The translations under genes were made by a program, and so were the position numbers. Positions 9,691 through 20,521 of a stretch of DNA of 64,000 bases are shown piece by piece. The stretch is taken from positions 23,620 to 87,619 of the forward strand of contig JALNLN010000001.1 of NCBI GenBank assembly GCA_023267855.1, given 5' to 3'. Each line of letters begins with the position of its first letter. Positions within the stretch are counted from its first letter, which is position 1. The DNA is from Candidatus Geocrenenecus dongiae. GTDB lineage: Archaea > Thermoproteota > Nitrososphaeria_A > Caldarchaeales > Wolframiiraptoraceae. The notes beneath the pieces are model-generated. The model was not told the origin of the DNA. It did no database searches and saw nothing but the letters and a program-made list of their open reading frames with translations.

Positions 9691-11688
9691 ATGGGGGAGA
9701 GCCCCTCAGATAATGGATTAATTAAACGGCAGCAGGAAAGGTCTAGGGAACAGAAGAATAAACATCGTTTAGGTAAAACTCTTGGACCACTGCAGGACCT
9801 AGAAGAATTTGTATCTCCAGATTGGTGGAAGCAGATATTCAATTCTCTATATCTTAAAACTGATGGAGATGTTGTAAATGATCCAGAGATAACTAAAAAA
9901 GAAGTAGACTTCTTTGTAGATATTCTTGGATTAAAACATGAAGATAGGATACTTGATTTATGTTGTGGTCATGGAAGGCATTCTCTAGAACTAGCTAGGA
10001 GAGGGTTTAAGAATGTTGAAGGATTAGACATCTCCCACTATCTAATTAGAAAAGCTAGAATGGCTGCTGAGAAAGAAGGATTGAAAGTAAAGTTTAGAGA
10101 AGGAGATGCTAGAAAACTTCCATATCCTCCAGATTCTTTTGATGTTGTATTAATTCTTGGAAATAGTTTTGGCTACTTCGAGTCTATTAGAGATGATCTA
10201 CAGGTGTTGAAAGAAGTTAGAAGAGTCTTGAGACCTTGGGGTAAAATATTGATAGATGTTGCAGATGGAAGCTATCTTAGAGAGAACTTCCAGAAAAGGT
10301 CTTGGGAGTGGATAGATAAGAGCATGCTTGTATGTCGTGAGAGAAGTCTCTCATCAGATAAACAGAAACTCATATCACGTGAAGTCATAATAAATGTTAA
10401 GAAAGGAGTCGTAGCAGATCAAATATACGCTATAAGACTTTATGATAAAGAGATGCTTAGAGAACTTTTAGAGAAAGCTGGTTTCGTGAATATTACTTTC
10501 CATGGAGAGGTTACGCCAAATTCTAAGAGGATGCAAGACCTCGGGATGATGGAGAAGAGAATCATAGTTACAGCTGTAGCGAAGAAGGATTGGACTGTAG
10601 TTAGGAAGAAAGTTGATCAGAGAAAAACGGTTGTAGCAGTAATACTTGGGGATCCTATGAAAAACGATTACACAAAACCAGGTGGAGTATTTGATGAAGA
10701 TGATTTCTACACTATAAACAGGTTGATGCAAGCTTTAAGCGAATTGAAGGAATACGAATTCATATACTTAATGAACCATGATACGCTACTCCAAGACTTG
10801 CTTAAACTAAGAAATAAAATAGATCTAGTATTCAATTTATGCGATGAAGGATACTTCAACGATCCTACGAAAGAATCACATGTACCTGCACTTCTCGATA
10901 TACTTGGAATTCCATATACAGGTGCTGGACCAAGATGTCTAGCGTATTGTTATGATAAGAGTCTAGTTAGAGGTATCGCTAGAGAGATGGGGATACCTGT
11001 AGCTAAAGCAGTATTCGTAATGCCTGAAGAAGTAACTGTAAAGATACCTTTCGGGTTTCCAGTAATAGTGAAACCAAACTTTGGAGATAGCAGTTTCGGC
11101 ATCACCTACAAGAATGTAGTTCATAATGAAGAAGAATTACTGAATACTATCTCAGAGCTTAGAGAAAAGTTTAACTATAATAAACCTATCCTGATTGAAG
11201 AGTTCCTTCCTGGAAAAGATCTAACGGTTGGGATAATCGGCAACCCGCCTGAAGACTATCTTGTCTTACCTATCACCGAAGAAGATTATAGTGTTCTACC
11301 AGAAGGTTTACCACATATATGTAGTTATGAAGCTAAGTGGATTCCAAGTTCACCGTACTGGAATATAAGATCTATTCCAGCGAATCTACCACAAGATGTT
11401 AGAGACTACATTATCGAGTGTTGTGTAAAGCTCTTCATTAGACTTGAATGCAGAGATTATGCTAGATTTGATTGGAGACTGGATAGTGAAGGCAATCCTA
11501 GATTGCTTGAAGTAAACCCAAATCCAGGATGGTGCTGGGATGGGCATCTAGCGAAAATGGCCGCTTATGCTGGTATGAGCTACTCGGAGATGCTTAGAGC
11601 TATTTTGAAAGCTGCTGAGAAGAGATTAAAGTTGCAGAAGACACAAATAGAAAGTGTTGAAACAACTGTAAAGCTAACTAACCTCTAA
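9691..11688 (+). CDS. Fusion: class I SAM methyltransferase + D-Ala-D-Ala-ligase-like ATP-grasp domain
   Basis: N-terminal LDLCCGHGRH, GDAR, NSFGYF; C-terminal GIPYTGA, DK, PVIVKP..GDSSFGI, IEEFLPG, ARFDWR, LEVNPNPG. Confidence 0.85.
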   Translation: MGESPSDNGLIKRQQERSREQKNKHRLGKTLGPLQDLEEFVSPDWWKQIFNSLYLKTDGDVVNDPEITKKEVDFFVDILGLKHEDRILDLCCGHGRHSLELARRGFKNVEGLDISHYLIRKARMAAEKEGLKVKFREGDARKLPYPPDSFDVVLILGNSFGYFESIRDDLQVLKEVRRVLRPWGKILIDVADGSYLRENFQKRSWEWIDKSMLVCRERSLSSDKQKLISREVIINVKKGVVADQIYAIRLYDKEMLRELLEKAGFVNITFHGEVTPNSKRMQDLGMMEKRIIVTAVAKKDWTVVRKKVDQRKTVVAVILGDPMKNDYTKPGGVFDEDDFYTINRLMQALSELKEYEFIYLMNHDTLLQDLLKLRNKIDLVFNLCDEGYFNDPTKESHVPALLDILGIPYTGAGPRCLAYCYDKSLVRGIAREMGIPVAKAVFVMPEEVTVKIPFGFPVIVKPNFGDSSFGITYKNVVHNEEELLNTISELREKFNYNKPILIEEFLPGKDLTVGIIGNPPEDYLVLPITEEDYSVLPEGLPHICSYEAKWIPSSPYWNIRSIPANLPQDVRDYIIECCVKLFIRLECRDYARFDWRLDSEGNPRLLEVNPNPGWCWDGHLAKMAAYAGMSYSEMLRAILKAAEKRLKLQKTQIESVETTVKLTNL

Positions 11689-12139
11689 TCATCTTCTTCA
11701 CCTTCTCAATTATTTCCTCACCATATCCTAGCTGCCTCAACCCTTTAATCAACACACTTACATACTGTTCAGAAGGTTTAACAAACCTACCTCTACTACT
11801 TGTCGAAACATATGTTACCGCTTCAACAACACCGATACTCTCAACATCCACTAAAACCTTTCTTCTAGCAAATTGTGAAGGAACACCAACAGCATTATCT
11901 AGCTTAGACATTTGTTCAATACTTAGTTTATAGACAGCTCCATAAACAATAGATTCAGGATCTTCGACTATACTTGCTACACCACCTCTCCAACTTGGAG
12001 AATAAGTATCGAATGAAAGTCTATACCCTCTAAGTAAAGCTTTCATAGGTTCTCCACAATCACCTACAACTTTTTTCAACAAACTTTTATCCATGGCCCA
12101 ACCATAAGCAAAAAACCATACATTATCAACCGTAGACAT
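11678..12139 (-). CDS. Gamma-glutamylcyclotransferase (AIG2-like) family protein
   Basis: FFAYG start motif, GYRLSF, VYGAVY, LD...G, PSEQY. Confidence 0.8.
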   Translation of the reverse strand: MSTVDNVWFFAYGWAMDKSLLKKVVGDCGEPMKALLRGYRLSFDTYSPSWRGGVASIVEDPESIVYGAVYKLSIEQMSKLDNAVGVPSQFARRKVLVDVESIGVVEAVTYVSTSSRGRFVKPSEQYVSVLIKGLRQLGYGEEIIEKVKKMIRG

Positions 12140-12364
12140 AACCCAGATTTAATACAGTTATTGGAGCCTAAAAGAATTATCCGTAAATGAAGATGAGACC
12201 TTATTGGCCATAAGATATGGACAAAAAACTCTTACTCAGTTTGAATATTCTTCAAAATTCTTTGAAACATTGTCTTGGTATTTATGTGTTGGTTTAGATA
12301 TTCTTTAAAAGTTTAATTAAATATGTAAAGAAAATATATCAAATGCCTTGAAGTTTACATATGT

Positions 12365-13735
12365 ATGAAGAAGAAAATTACATCTAAAGAGGGTCTGCAG
12401 GATAAGATTTCTCGGAGAGAATTTCTCGGTCTGAGTAAAACTGTTGCTATAGGTGGAGTAATTGTTGCAGGTGTTGTAGGAGGTGTAGCAGGATACTTAG
12501 CTGGATCAGCAGCTGCGCCGGCAGTTACTACAGCACCAGCATCTACTATTACAACAACACGTGTAGAAACCCGTGAAGTCACTAAAACTGTCACAGCGCC
12601 TGTTGCTAGGAAGCTGAAAGTTGGTTACGTGTATGTTGGACCGATAGGTGATTATGGATGGACTCATGGGCATGATCGTGGTAGAAGATGGGCTGATGAG
12701 AAATTCGGATTAAATAATGTTGAAAGCATATATATTGAAAGTGTACCAGAAGCTGAAGCAGCTGGAGCTATAAAGAGCTTGATAGAGAAAGGATGTGAAC
12801 TAATAATTACTACAAGTTTTGGATACATGGATACGACAGCAGAGGCAGCTGAAAAGTATCCAGATAAATATTTTGTACATATTAGTGGTTATAGAAGTGG
12901 AGCAGCTGGAAACGCTCCTCAAAATATGAGTGCAGCTTTTGCAGAATTCTACCAGCTATACTATCTTAATGGTCTGGCTGCAGGAGCAGTTACTCAAACA
13001 GGTGTAGTAGGATACGTGGGAGCTTACCCGATACCAGAAGTTGTTAGACATATAAACGCTTTTGTTCTTGGAGCAAATTACGCCTACAAGAAGAGGACTG
13101 GAAAGAACATTAAAGCACATGTAAGCTGGATATTCGAGTGGGTAGCTCCGGAAAAAGCGAGAGCAGCAGCGATAGCTTTAGTAGAAGAAAAGAATTGTGA
13201 TGTTCTAGCATTTACAGAAGACACTCCTGCAGTACTACAAGTTGCAGAAGAGTACCAGAGGAAGGGGAAGAAAGTGTGGAGCTTCAGCCACTATAGTGAT
13301 ATGAGAGAATATGGACCTACAGCCCACTTAACTGGCCAAATAGCTAACTGGGGACCAATATACCTCGATTTCTATAAAATGGTTGCAACCAATACTTGGC
13401 AGAGTGTAGATATCTGGACTAGGATAGGAGATTACATGTCTTGGAGATGGAGGCTTCCGGTAGAGAAGAGTACTGCAGGTTTACCTGAAGGCACAGTCTA
13501 TCTAGCACCTCTAAATCCAGTAATACCCAGCGAATGGCAGCTTGAGATAAAGAAGAGGTATGAAGAAATGAAAGAACTATTATTTGAACCATTTAGTGTT
13601 GAAGGTAATCTCGGTGAACCTATAAGAGATCAAAATGGAGAAGTTAGGATTAAGGCTGGTGAAAGAGCAGATCACGATATGCTCTGGAACATGGATTGGC
13701 ATGTAGAGTATATAGAAGAACCTTTACCAAGATAA
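12365..13735 (+). CDS. BMP-family ABC substrate-binding protein (nucleoside/purine) with Tat-type signal
   Basis: SRREFL twin-arginine motif, hydrophobic stretch, Thr-rich linker, then YVGPIGDYGW, TTSFGY, PIPEVVRHINAF. Confidence 0.9.
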   Translation: MKKKITSKEGLQDKISRREFLGLSKTVAIGGVIVAGVVGGVAGYLAGSAAAPAVTTAPASTITTTRVETREVTKTVTAPVARKLKVGYVYVGPIGDYGWTHGHDRGRRWADEKFGLNNVESIYIESVPEAEAAGAIKSLIEKGCELIITTSFGYMDTTAEAAEKYPDKYFVHISGYRSGAAGNAPQNMSAAFAEFYQLYYLNGLAAGAVTQTGVVGYVGAYPIPEVVRHINAFVLGANYAYKKRTGKNIKAHVSWIFEWVAPEKARAAAIALVEEKNCDVLAFTEDTPAVLQVAEEYQRKGKKVWSFSHYSDMREYGPTAHLTGQIANWGPIYLDFYKMVATNTWQSVDIWTRIGDYMSWRWRLPVEKSTAGLPEGTVYLAPLNPVIPSEWQLEIKKRYEEMKELLFEPFSVEGNLGEPIRDQNGEVRIKAGERADHDMLWNMDWHVEYIEEPLPR

Positions 13736-13789
13736 AAACCTCCACAAACCTCTCTCCATACATTTTTATTTTTAGTTTTACATAGTATA

Positions 13790-15334
13790 ATGGTGGAGGA
13801 GTTGGAGGAACTCTTACATCTTAAAGGTATAGTGAAAAAGTTCCCAGGAGTAGTTGCTAATGATAATGTTGATTTTACTTTAAGGAAGGGGGAGATACAT
13901 GCTCTACTCGGTGAGAATGGTGCAGGCAAGACAACACTCATGAACATAGTTTACGGACTCTACAAACCAGATGCAGGAGAAATATATGTTGAGGGTAAAC
14001 GTGTAGAGATAAGGTCTCCTAGAGATGCAATTAAACTCGGCATAGGCATGGTTCATCAAAACTTTAAACTCATACCTTCACACACGGTCATGGAAAACAT
14101 TATTCTTGGATTAAAAGATGTAGGGTTTGTGATAAACCGTAAGAAGGTTGGAGAAGAGATAAGGAAACTTTCAGAACAGTATGGCTGGAGGATAGATCCA
14201 TATGTTTATGTCTGGCAGCTCTCAGCTGGAGAGAAACAACAAGTTGAATTACTAAAGATACTTTACAGAAAAGCTAAGATACTGATACTGGACGAACCTA
14301 CATCTGTTCTCACACCACAAGAATGCCGAAACCTATTCCACGCTCTTAGAAAGATGGCGGAGGAAGGTATAGGCATAATCTTCATTACACATAAATTAGA
14401 AGAAGCTTTAAGCATAAGTGATAGAATAACTGTTATGAGAAAAGGGAAAATTGTTGCAACGAAGAATGCTTGGGAGACCAGCATAGAGGAACTTACAAAC
14501 TACATGATCGGAAGACCAGTACTCTTCAAACTAGACAAGAATAAGACAGATTCAAGTGAAGACTTTATCTTAATTAGAAATCTGAAAGCTTATGGAGATA
14601 CTGGAGCTCTCGCATTAAAGAATGTAAACTTAACGATAAGAAAGAATGAGATACTTGGCATAATCGGTGTAACGGGAAATGGGCAACAAGAATTAGCAGA
14701 AGTTCTAGCAGGATTAAGGAAAGCTATTGATGGTCAAGTATTAATAGATGGTATGAATATTTTAAACTATAGTCCTCTAAAATTGATAGAACTTGGAGTT
14801 GCCTACATTCCGCCTGAACCAATAAAGTATGGTATAGCTCCAAATCTTACCATAAGAGATAACCTATTTCTCAAAGCCTACAGATATAAGCCCTACTCCA
14901 GTAGGATATTTATTAACTTAAGAGAAGTAGAGAAGAAAGCGGAAGAAATAATAAGAAGATTTAATGTGGTTTGTCCAAATACTTCTATTAAGGCTAGATC
15001 GCTATCAGGTGGAAATATACAGAGATTAATACTTGCTAGAGAACTTTCAGAATTGATTAATGGCTGGAAGCCTAGATTCATTATAGCAGCTTATCCAACT
15101 AAGGGTTTAGATATATCTGCAGCAGAATTTGTAAATAGAACACTTATAGATTATAGTAAGACTGGCTCAAGTATACTCTACATTACAGAAGATATAGAAG
15201 AAGCTATGATGGTTTGTGACAGGATTGCGGTAATGTATGATGGTAGGATAATGGGTGTCTTCAAACCAGGTGAGGTAAGTATAGAAAAGATAGGGTTAAT
15301 GATGGCTGGCGCAGAAACTCTAACAACATCTTAA
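13790..15334 (+). CDS. Nucleoside/sugar ABC transporter ATP-binding protein (two NBDs)
   Basis: GENGAGKT, LDEPT, LSGGN; tandem NBD architecture. Confidence 0.92.
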   Translation: MVEELEELLHLKGIVKKFPGVVANDNVDFTLRKGEIHALLGENGAGKTTLMNIVYGLYKPDAGEIYVEGKRVEIRSPRDAIKLGIGMVHQNFKLIPSHTVMENIILGLKDVGFVINRKKVGEEIRKLSEQYGWRIDPYVYVWQLSAGEKQQVELLKILYRKAKILILDEPTSVLTPQECRNLFHALRKMAEEGIGIIFITHKLEEALSISDRITVMRKGKIVATKNAWETSIEELTNYMIGRPVLFKLDKNKTDSSEDFILIRNLKAYGDTGALALKNVNLTIRKNEILGIIGVTGNGQQELAEVLAGLRKAIDGQVLIDGMNILNYSPLKLIELGVAYIPPEPIKYGIAPNLTIRDNLFLKAYRYKPYSSRIFINLREVEKKAEEIIRRFNVVCPNTSIKARSLSGGNIQRLILARELSELINGWKPRFIIAAYPTKGLDISAAEFVNRTLIDYSKTGSSILYITEDIEEAMMVCDRIAVMYDGRIMGVFKPGEVSIEKIGLMMAGAETLTTS

Positions 15335-16452
15335 TGGTGATTAAATTGTCAAGTCGATTCTTCAAGCAGTACACGGTTAAGATTGAGAAGAGATTAGAAT
15401 ATTCACGTAAATTCGCTATACTGACAACGATTACAAGTATTTTGATAGCTTTCGGCGTGGCCGGGATAGCTCTCTCAATACTAGGTGTAGATGTTGTAGT
15501 AGCTTATACACAGGTACTCACAGTCTTCACAAAGCTACCGCTTCTAATAGAAGCAATCAAGTACGCTATTCCAATAGGATTAGCAGCTCTAGGATTAAAC
15601 ATAGCTTTCAGAATGAATTTCTGGAATATAGGTGCAGAAGGACAGATATACATGGGGATGTTCGCTTCCACAGGTATAGTGTTGCTTCACGTATACTACG
15701 GGCTAATACCAGAATACCTAGTACTCATAACCATGATTGTAGCTTCATTTATAGCTGGAGGAGCTTGGTGTACTCTACCAGCAATCCTTAAAGCTAAAAT
15801 GAAAGTAAACGAGATACTTACCACATTAATGATGAACTACGTGGCAATATATTTCATAGATTTCTTGATATATGGACCTTGGAGAGATCCGAAGGGTTAC
15901 GGGTTTCCGCTTTCAGTGCCTTTCCCAAGTTACGCTAAATTAACAATACTCTTCGGAGACTCCGTATACTTGGGCTCCATACTTCTCTTAACTATGGCTA
16001 TGGTTGTTTTCTTGATATTAAAGTATAGTAAGCTTGGATTTGAGCTAAGAGTTATTGGGGAAAGTCTTGAAACAGCTAGATATGCTGGTATAAACTTTGT
16101 GAAAGCGATTACGCTAGGTGGATTCATATCTGGTGGAATTGCAGGTTTAGGTGGTTTAGCTATAGTTAGTGGTATAATTGGAAGGCTTAGACCTAGAGCG
16201 TCAGCTGGATACGGTTACACAGCAATAATTGTAACACTATTGTCAGCGTTAAACCCATGGTTAATAATACCTACAAGCATATTCTTCGGAGGATTATTCG
16301 TAGCCGGCAACATGCTACAAGCAACGTTAAACATACCTGGAGCTACGATAGACATGCTTCAAGCATTAATATTCTTGTTCCTATTATTCGGAGAATTGAT
16401 TAAACGTTATAAGTTGAGGATAGTTGTAAGGGGGGTTAGCGTTGAGCATTGA
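15334..16452 (+). CDS. Nucleoside ABC transporter permease
   Basis: NIGAEGQ, NEILTTLMMNY, GYGYTAI motifs; multi-TM. Confidence 0.9.
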   Translation: MVIKLSSRFFKQYTVKIEKRLEYSRKFAILTTITSILIAFGVAGIALSILGVDVVVAYTQVLTVFTKLPLLIEAIKYAIPIGLAALGLNIAFRMNFWNIGAEGQIYMGMFASTGIVLLHVYYGLIPEYLVLITMIVASFIAGGAWCTLPAILKAKMKVNEILTTLMMNYVAIYFIDFLIYGPWRDPKGYGFPLSVPFPSYAKLTILFGDSVYLGSILLLTMAMVVFLILKYSKLGFELRVIGESLETARYAGINFVKAITLGGFISGGIAGLGGLAIVSGIIGRLRPRASAGYGYTAIIVTLLSALNPWLIIPTSIFFGGLFVAGNMLQATLNIPGATIDMLQALIFLFLLFGELIKRYKLRIVVRGVSVEH

Positions 16453-17422
16453 ATGGATTGAACAAGTACTCCAGCTAACAGTACAGATGGGGACCGTGTA
16501 TCTTATAGCATCTCTAGGCGAGATATATGCAGAACGTTCAGGAGTATTGAATCTAGGTCTAGAAGGAATTATGATTATGGGTGCAGCGATATCATTTATA
16601 TTCACAGTAGCCTATAACCATCTAATCGCAATACTGGTGGCCGCAGTAGTAGGCATATTGATGAGCTTAATTCTAGCTGTAATGACCGTACACTTAAGAC
16701 TAAATCAAGTTATAGTAGGCTTAGCATTAACACTTCTAGGAATAGGGTTAAGCGGAGTAATAACATCTCCAGGTATAAGAGAGAAGATACTATTAACTCT
16801 AAACCCAAATCTTCCAGAAAAAATGTTAACTATACAACAGGCTGAGAAGCTTCTAGAAATACCTATACCACTACTTTCACAGATACCGATACTTGGAAGA
16901 GCCTTGTTTAATCACAACGTACTCGTATACTTTTCACTCATAACAGCTTTCTCTATGTGGTTTATACTTTTCAAGACTAGGGCAGGTTTAGTGATAAGAT
17001 CTGTAGGTGAAAACCCTTCTATGGCGGATACACTTGGCGTAAATGTATTCCTAGTAAGATACATAACAGTAATCATAAGTGGATTATTCGCAAGTCTAGC
17101 TGGAGCTTACTTCTTCATAGGCTTCCACCCCTTCTGGCGTGAAGGAGTAACTGCTGGAAGAGGGTTCATAGCGATAGCATTAGTAATACTTGCAACTTGG
17201 AACCCTCTTAGAGCTATACTTGGAGCATACCTATTCGGAGGAATAGAAACACTTCAATATAGACTCCAACTCCTAGGTTTGGGAGCGCAAAGTCCATACT
17301 TCCTCGCAATGCTACCTTACATCATAACAATCATAGCACTAATACTAATATCTACTGAAAGTCTTAGAAAGAAGATAGGAGCACCTGCCTCTCTAGGAAT
17401 ACCATACTCAAGAGAAGAATAA
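16442..17422 (+). CDS. Nucleoside ABC transporter permease
   Basis: ERSGVLNLGLEG, GRGFIAIA, PASLGIPY motifs; TTG start overlapping the upstream gene. Confidence 0.9.
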   Translation: MSIEWIEQVLQLTVQMGTVYLIASLGEIYAERSGVLNLGLEGIMIMGAAISFIFTVAYNHLIAILVAAVVGILMSLILAVMTVHLRLNQVIVGLALTLLGIGLSGVITSPGIREKILLTLNPNLPEKMLTIQQAEKLLEIPIPLLSQIPILGRALFNHNVLVYFSLITAFSMWFILFKTRAGLVIRSVGENPSMADTLGVNVFLVRYITVIISGLFASLAGAYFFIGFHPFWREGVTAGRGFIAIALVILATWNPLRAILGAYLFGGIETLQYRLQLLGLGAQSPYFLAMLPYIITIIALILISTESLRKKIGAPASLGIPYSREE

Positions 17423-17499
17423 AGAAACACTAATCCTTCAAAGTAACATTTACAACAAAATCTTTATCATAGTTATCAACATGGAGGTGGAGGAGAGAA

Positions 17500-18162
17500 G
17501 TGACGATAAAAGTGGTGATCTTCGATCTAGATGGAACACTAATAGTTTACAAACTTAAAGTTTACGAAGCAAAAGAAGTATTCATCAAGAGATTATCAGA
17601 GATAGGCATAGACTTAAACCACATATCTATACACACACCTATAATCGAGATAATAGAAGGAATAAACGACTTAGAAAGAGAAGAAATATTCAAGATACTT
17701 GATGAAGTATTTTCTAATTTCGAGGAAGAAGCTGCAGAAGAAGCAGAATTGAGAGAACATGTAAAAGAAGTACTCTTAGAATTAAAGAAGACTGGAGTTA
17801 AATTAGCAATAGCCTCTAACAATAGTATGAAGAGTGTTGAAAAATCTTTAGAGAAGACTTCTATTAAAGAATTCTTCGACATCATCATTACACGTAACGA
17901 TGTGATGGATCTAAAACCTAGTGAGAAAATGATAACCGAGATATTGAAGATGATGAAAGTAACCAATAAAGAAGCAGTATATATTGGAGATACAATTTAC
18001 GATATACTAGCGGCACGTAGAGCTGGTGTAAAATGTATAGCAGTAACAGGTGGAGCTAATAGTAAAGACCTTCTCTTCTCACATAATCCAGATTATCTAG
18101 TAGAAGACTTAAGAGAGATACCTAGAATAATCTCTAAATTAAGAGACAATAATGTAAACTAG
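17500..18162 (+). CDS. HAD-superfamily phosphatase (phosphoglycolate phosphatase-like)
   Basis: FDLDGT, SN, KP, YIGD...D motifs; GTG start with GGAGG SD. Confidence 0.88.
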   Translation: MTIKVVIFDLDGTLIVYKLKVYEAKEVFIKRLSEIGIDLNHISIHTPIIEIIEGINDLEREEIFKILDEVFSNFEEEAAEEAELREHVKEVLLELKKTGVKLAIASNNSMKSVEKSLEKTSIKEFFDIIITRNDVMDLKPSEKMITEILKMMKVTNKEAVYIGDTIYDILAARRAGVKCIAVTGGANSKDLLFSHNPDYLVEDLREIPRIISKLRDNNVN

Positions 18163-18263
18163 ATATATAACCCTATCTTTCAACATTCAATTCTCAAAAT
18201 TCTTCACACTTTCTTGATAATTAAAAATGCTTAAGATCTATTATATTCAAATTTATCTGAAGG

Positions 18264-19157
18264 TTGAAGATGAAGGTATTCATACTTGGAGGAACTGGAT
18301 TTATAGGAAAATATCTAGTTGATTTCTTCTATCAGAGAGGAGTAGAAGTTTTCCTCCTAGTTAGGAATATCCAGAAGATAAAAGAAGTTAAGCCAGGCAT
18401 AAAAATAATTCAAGGTGATGCTTTAGTGAAAGGATACTGGCAAGAGAAAATCTCTGAAATGGACCTCATAATTAATCTTGTAGGTGAGACTATCTTTAAA
18501 CGTTGGACTCCCGAATACAAGAAAAAGATCTGGGACTCAAGAATTCTATCTACTCAAAGAGTAGTAGAAGCTTTAACATCCCGTAATACTCTCTTCAACG
18601 CTAGTGCTATAGGATATTATGGTGATCGTGGAGAAACAATTTTAACAGAAGATAACCCTTCTGGAGATCTCTACATATCCCATCTCTGTAAGACATGGGA
18701 AGAAATAGCTTTGAAAGGAGAAGATAGAGGAGCCAGAATCATAGTAGGCCGTCTCGGAATCGTTATCGGGAAGGGAGGAGGTTTTCTTTCAACAATTCTA
18801 CCTCTCTTTAAGCTAGGTTTAGGAGGACGTCTCGGATCTGGAAAACAATGGATTTCATGGATCCATATAGAAGATTTAGCACGTGTAGTAGAATTCCTAT
18901 ATGAGAAAGATGTGGAGGGAATATTCAACATCACTTCACCTCAACCTATCAGAAACCTAGAGATGACCAAGATCATAGCTAATGTCTTAAGAAAACCTGC
19001 TATACTCCCGACCCCCAAAACCCTACTAAAATTCTTCTACGGAGAACTTTCAGAAGTAATTCTATCTAGTACAAGAGCAATACCTAAGAAACTCATGGAT
19101 CTAGACTTCACATTCAAATATCCAACTTTTAGAGAAGCTCTAACAGCATCGCTCTAA
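18264..19157 (+). CDS. TIGR01777/YfcH-like NAD-dependent epimerase family protein
   Basis: GGTGFIG, SAIGYYG, GLGGRLGSGKQWISWIH, P.KL..L.F.FKYP. Confidence 0.88.
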   Translation: MKMKVFILGGTGFIGKYLVDFFYQRGVEVFLLVRNIQKIKEVKPGIKIIQGDALVKGYWQEKISEMDLIINLVGETIFKRWTPEYKKKIWDSRILSTQRVVEALTSRNTLFNASAIGYYGDRGETILTEDNPSGDLYISHLCKTWEEIALKGEDRGARIIVGRLGIVIGKGGGFLSTILPLFKLGLGGRLGSGKQWISWIHIEDLARVVEFLYEKDVEGIFNITSPQPIRNLEMTKIIANVLRKPAILPTPKTLLKFFYGELSEVILSSTRAIPKKLMDLDFTFKYPTFREALTASL

Positions 19158-19432
19158 AAATAACCTAGCTATATACTACGTGAAAGATCGTATTCAAAAC
19201 TAAACATAATTACTTCTAGCACTTTCAATATTTCTAGAAAGTCAGGAAAATTTCTCTGTTAGCTCTGTGGATGGTTTTAAGATTAAGCTTAAGTATAGGT
19301 TAATAGCACTTAATAATCTAATAAACCAATATGCATATCGATTTAATAGGTATAGTTAAAGTTTTATTTCGCTAAAACACTCTTTATTAAATGTAATCTA
19401 TATATACATGGATTAGTTCTTAATATATTGGT

Positions 19433-20464
19433 ATGATCCGTATCGGTGTTTTAACAGGTGGTGGTGATTGTCCAGGTCTTAATGCTGTAATTTACGGTGT
19501 TGTCGTGAGAGCTTGCCAATATGGTTTTGAGGTTTGGGGTATTGAAGATGGTTATAAAGGTCTTCTCTCAGGGAAGGTTAGACGATTAAGGAAGGAAGAC
19601 GTCAAAGATATTTACTGGCTTGGAGGTACAGTTTTAGGTACTTCTAGAAAGAATCCTGCTAAGTCTGAAGATGAGCTTAGGACTGCTGTAGAGAATGTTA
19701 AGAAGCTTGGTTTAGATGTTTTGATAACTATTGGTGGTGATGACACTCTCGGTGCCGCCAGGAAACTTTATGAGAGAGGTGTTCCTGTAATCGGTGTACC
19801 GAAGACTATAGATAATGATCTACCTGGTACAGATTACTCTATAGGTTTCTGGACATCTGTCCAGACTATTACAGATGCCTTAGATAAACTTCACACTACT
19901 GCTAGATCCCATAAGAGAGTTATGATAGTCGAGATTATGGGTAGGTATGCTGGGTGGCTTACTCTCATGGGCGGTCTTGCGGGTGGAGCACACATAATTC
20001 TAATACCTGAGAAACCTGTAGATATAGACGAGGTTTGCAGAATAGTTAAAGAACGTAAAGAGAGAGGTGAGCCATACTCTCTGATAGCTGTTGCTGAAGG
20101 TGTTACCATACCTACAACAGGAGATCTTGTAGCAGTATCTGCAGAGAAAGATGAATTTGGACATGTTAGGCTAGGTGGTGTTTCGAAGATATTAGAAGAA
20201 GAGATCAGTAAAAAGACAGGTATGGAAGTTAGATCCGTCATACTTGGACACTTACAGAGAGGTGGAATACCTTCAGCATATGATAGAGTTCTAGGCATAC
20301 GACTTGGATGTAAGGCGGTAGATCTTGTAAAAGAAGGAAAATTCGGTTATGCAGTAGTTGTAAAAGGGATTGAGATAGAGTCTGTCAAGATAGATGAAAT
20401 AGTGAGTGGATTAAGAAGAGTTCCCGAAGAACTTCATGAATATACAAATATTTTCACACTATAA
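19433..20464 (+). CDS. pfp: PfkA-family phosphofructokinase, probably PPi-dependent
   Basis: GGDCPGLN, GGDD (Asp at the ATP/PPi specificity position), PKTIDND, MGR, LGHLQRGG. Confidence 0.85.
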   Translation: MIRIGVLTGGGDCPGLNAVIYGVVVRACQYGFEVWGIEDGYKGLLSGKVRRLRKEDVKDIYWLGGTVLGTSRKNPAKSEDELRTAVENVKKLGLDVLITIGGDDTLGAARKLYERGVPVIGVPKTIDNDLPGTDYSIGFWTSVQTITDALDKLHTTARSHKRVMIVEIMGRYAGWLTLMGGLAGGAHIILIPEKPVDIDEVCRIVKERKERGEPYSLIAVAEGVTIPTTGDLVAVSAEKDEFGHVRLGGVSKILEEEISKKTGMEVRSVILGHLQRGGIPSAYDRVLGIRLGCKAVDLVKEGKFGYAVVVKGIEIESVKIDEIVSGLRRVPEELHEYTNIFTL

Positions 20465-20521
20465 TCAAGATTAAAGCTGAAAGAAGTTTTCTCATTAAGA
20501 ATAATTGTGATGGTGTTCTAC

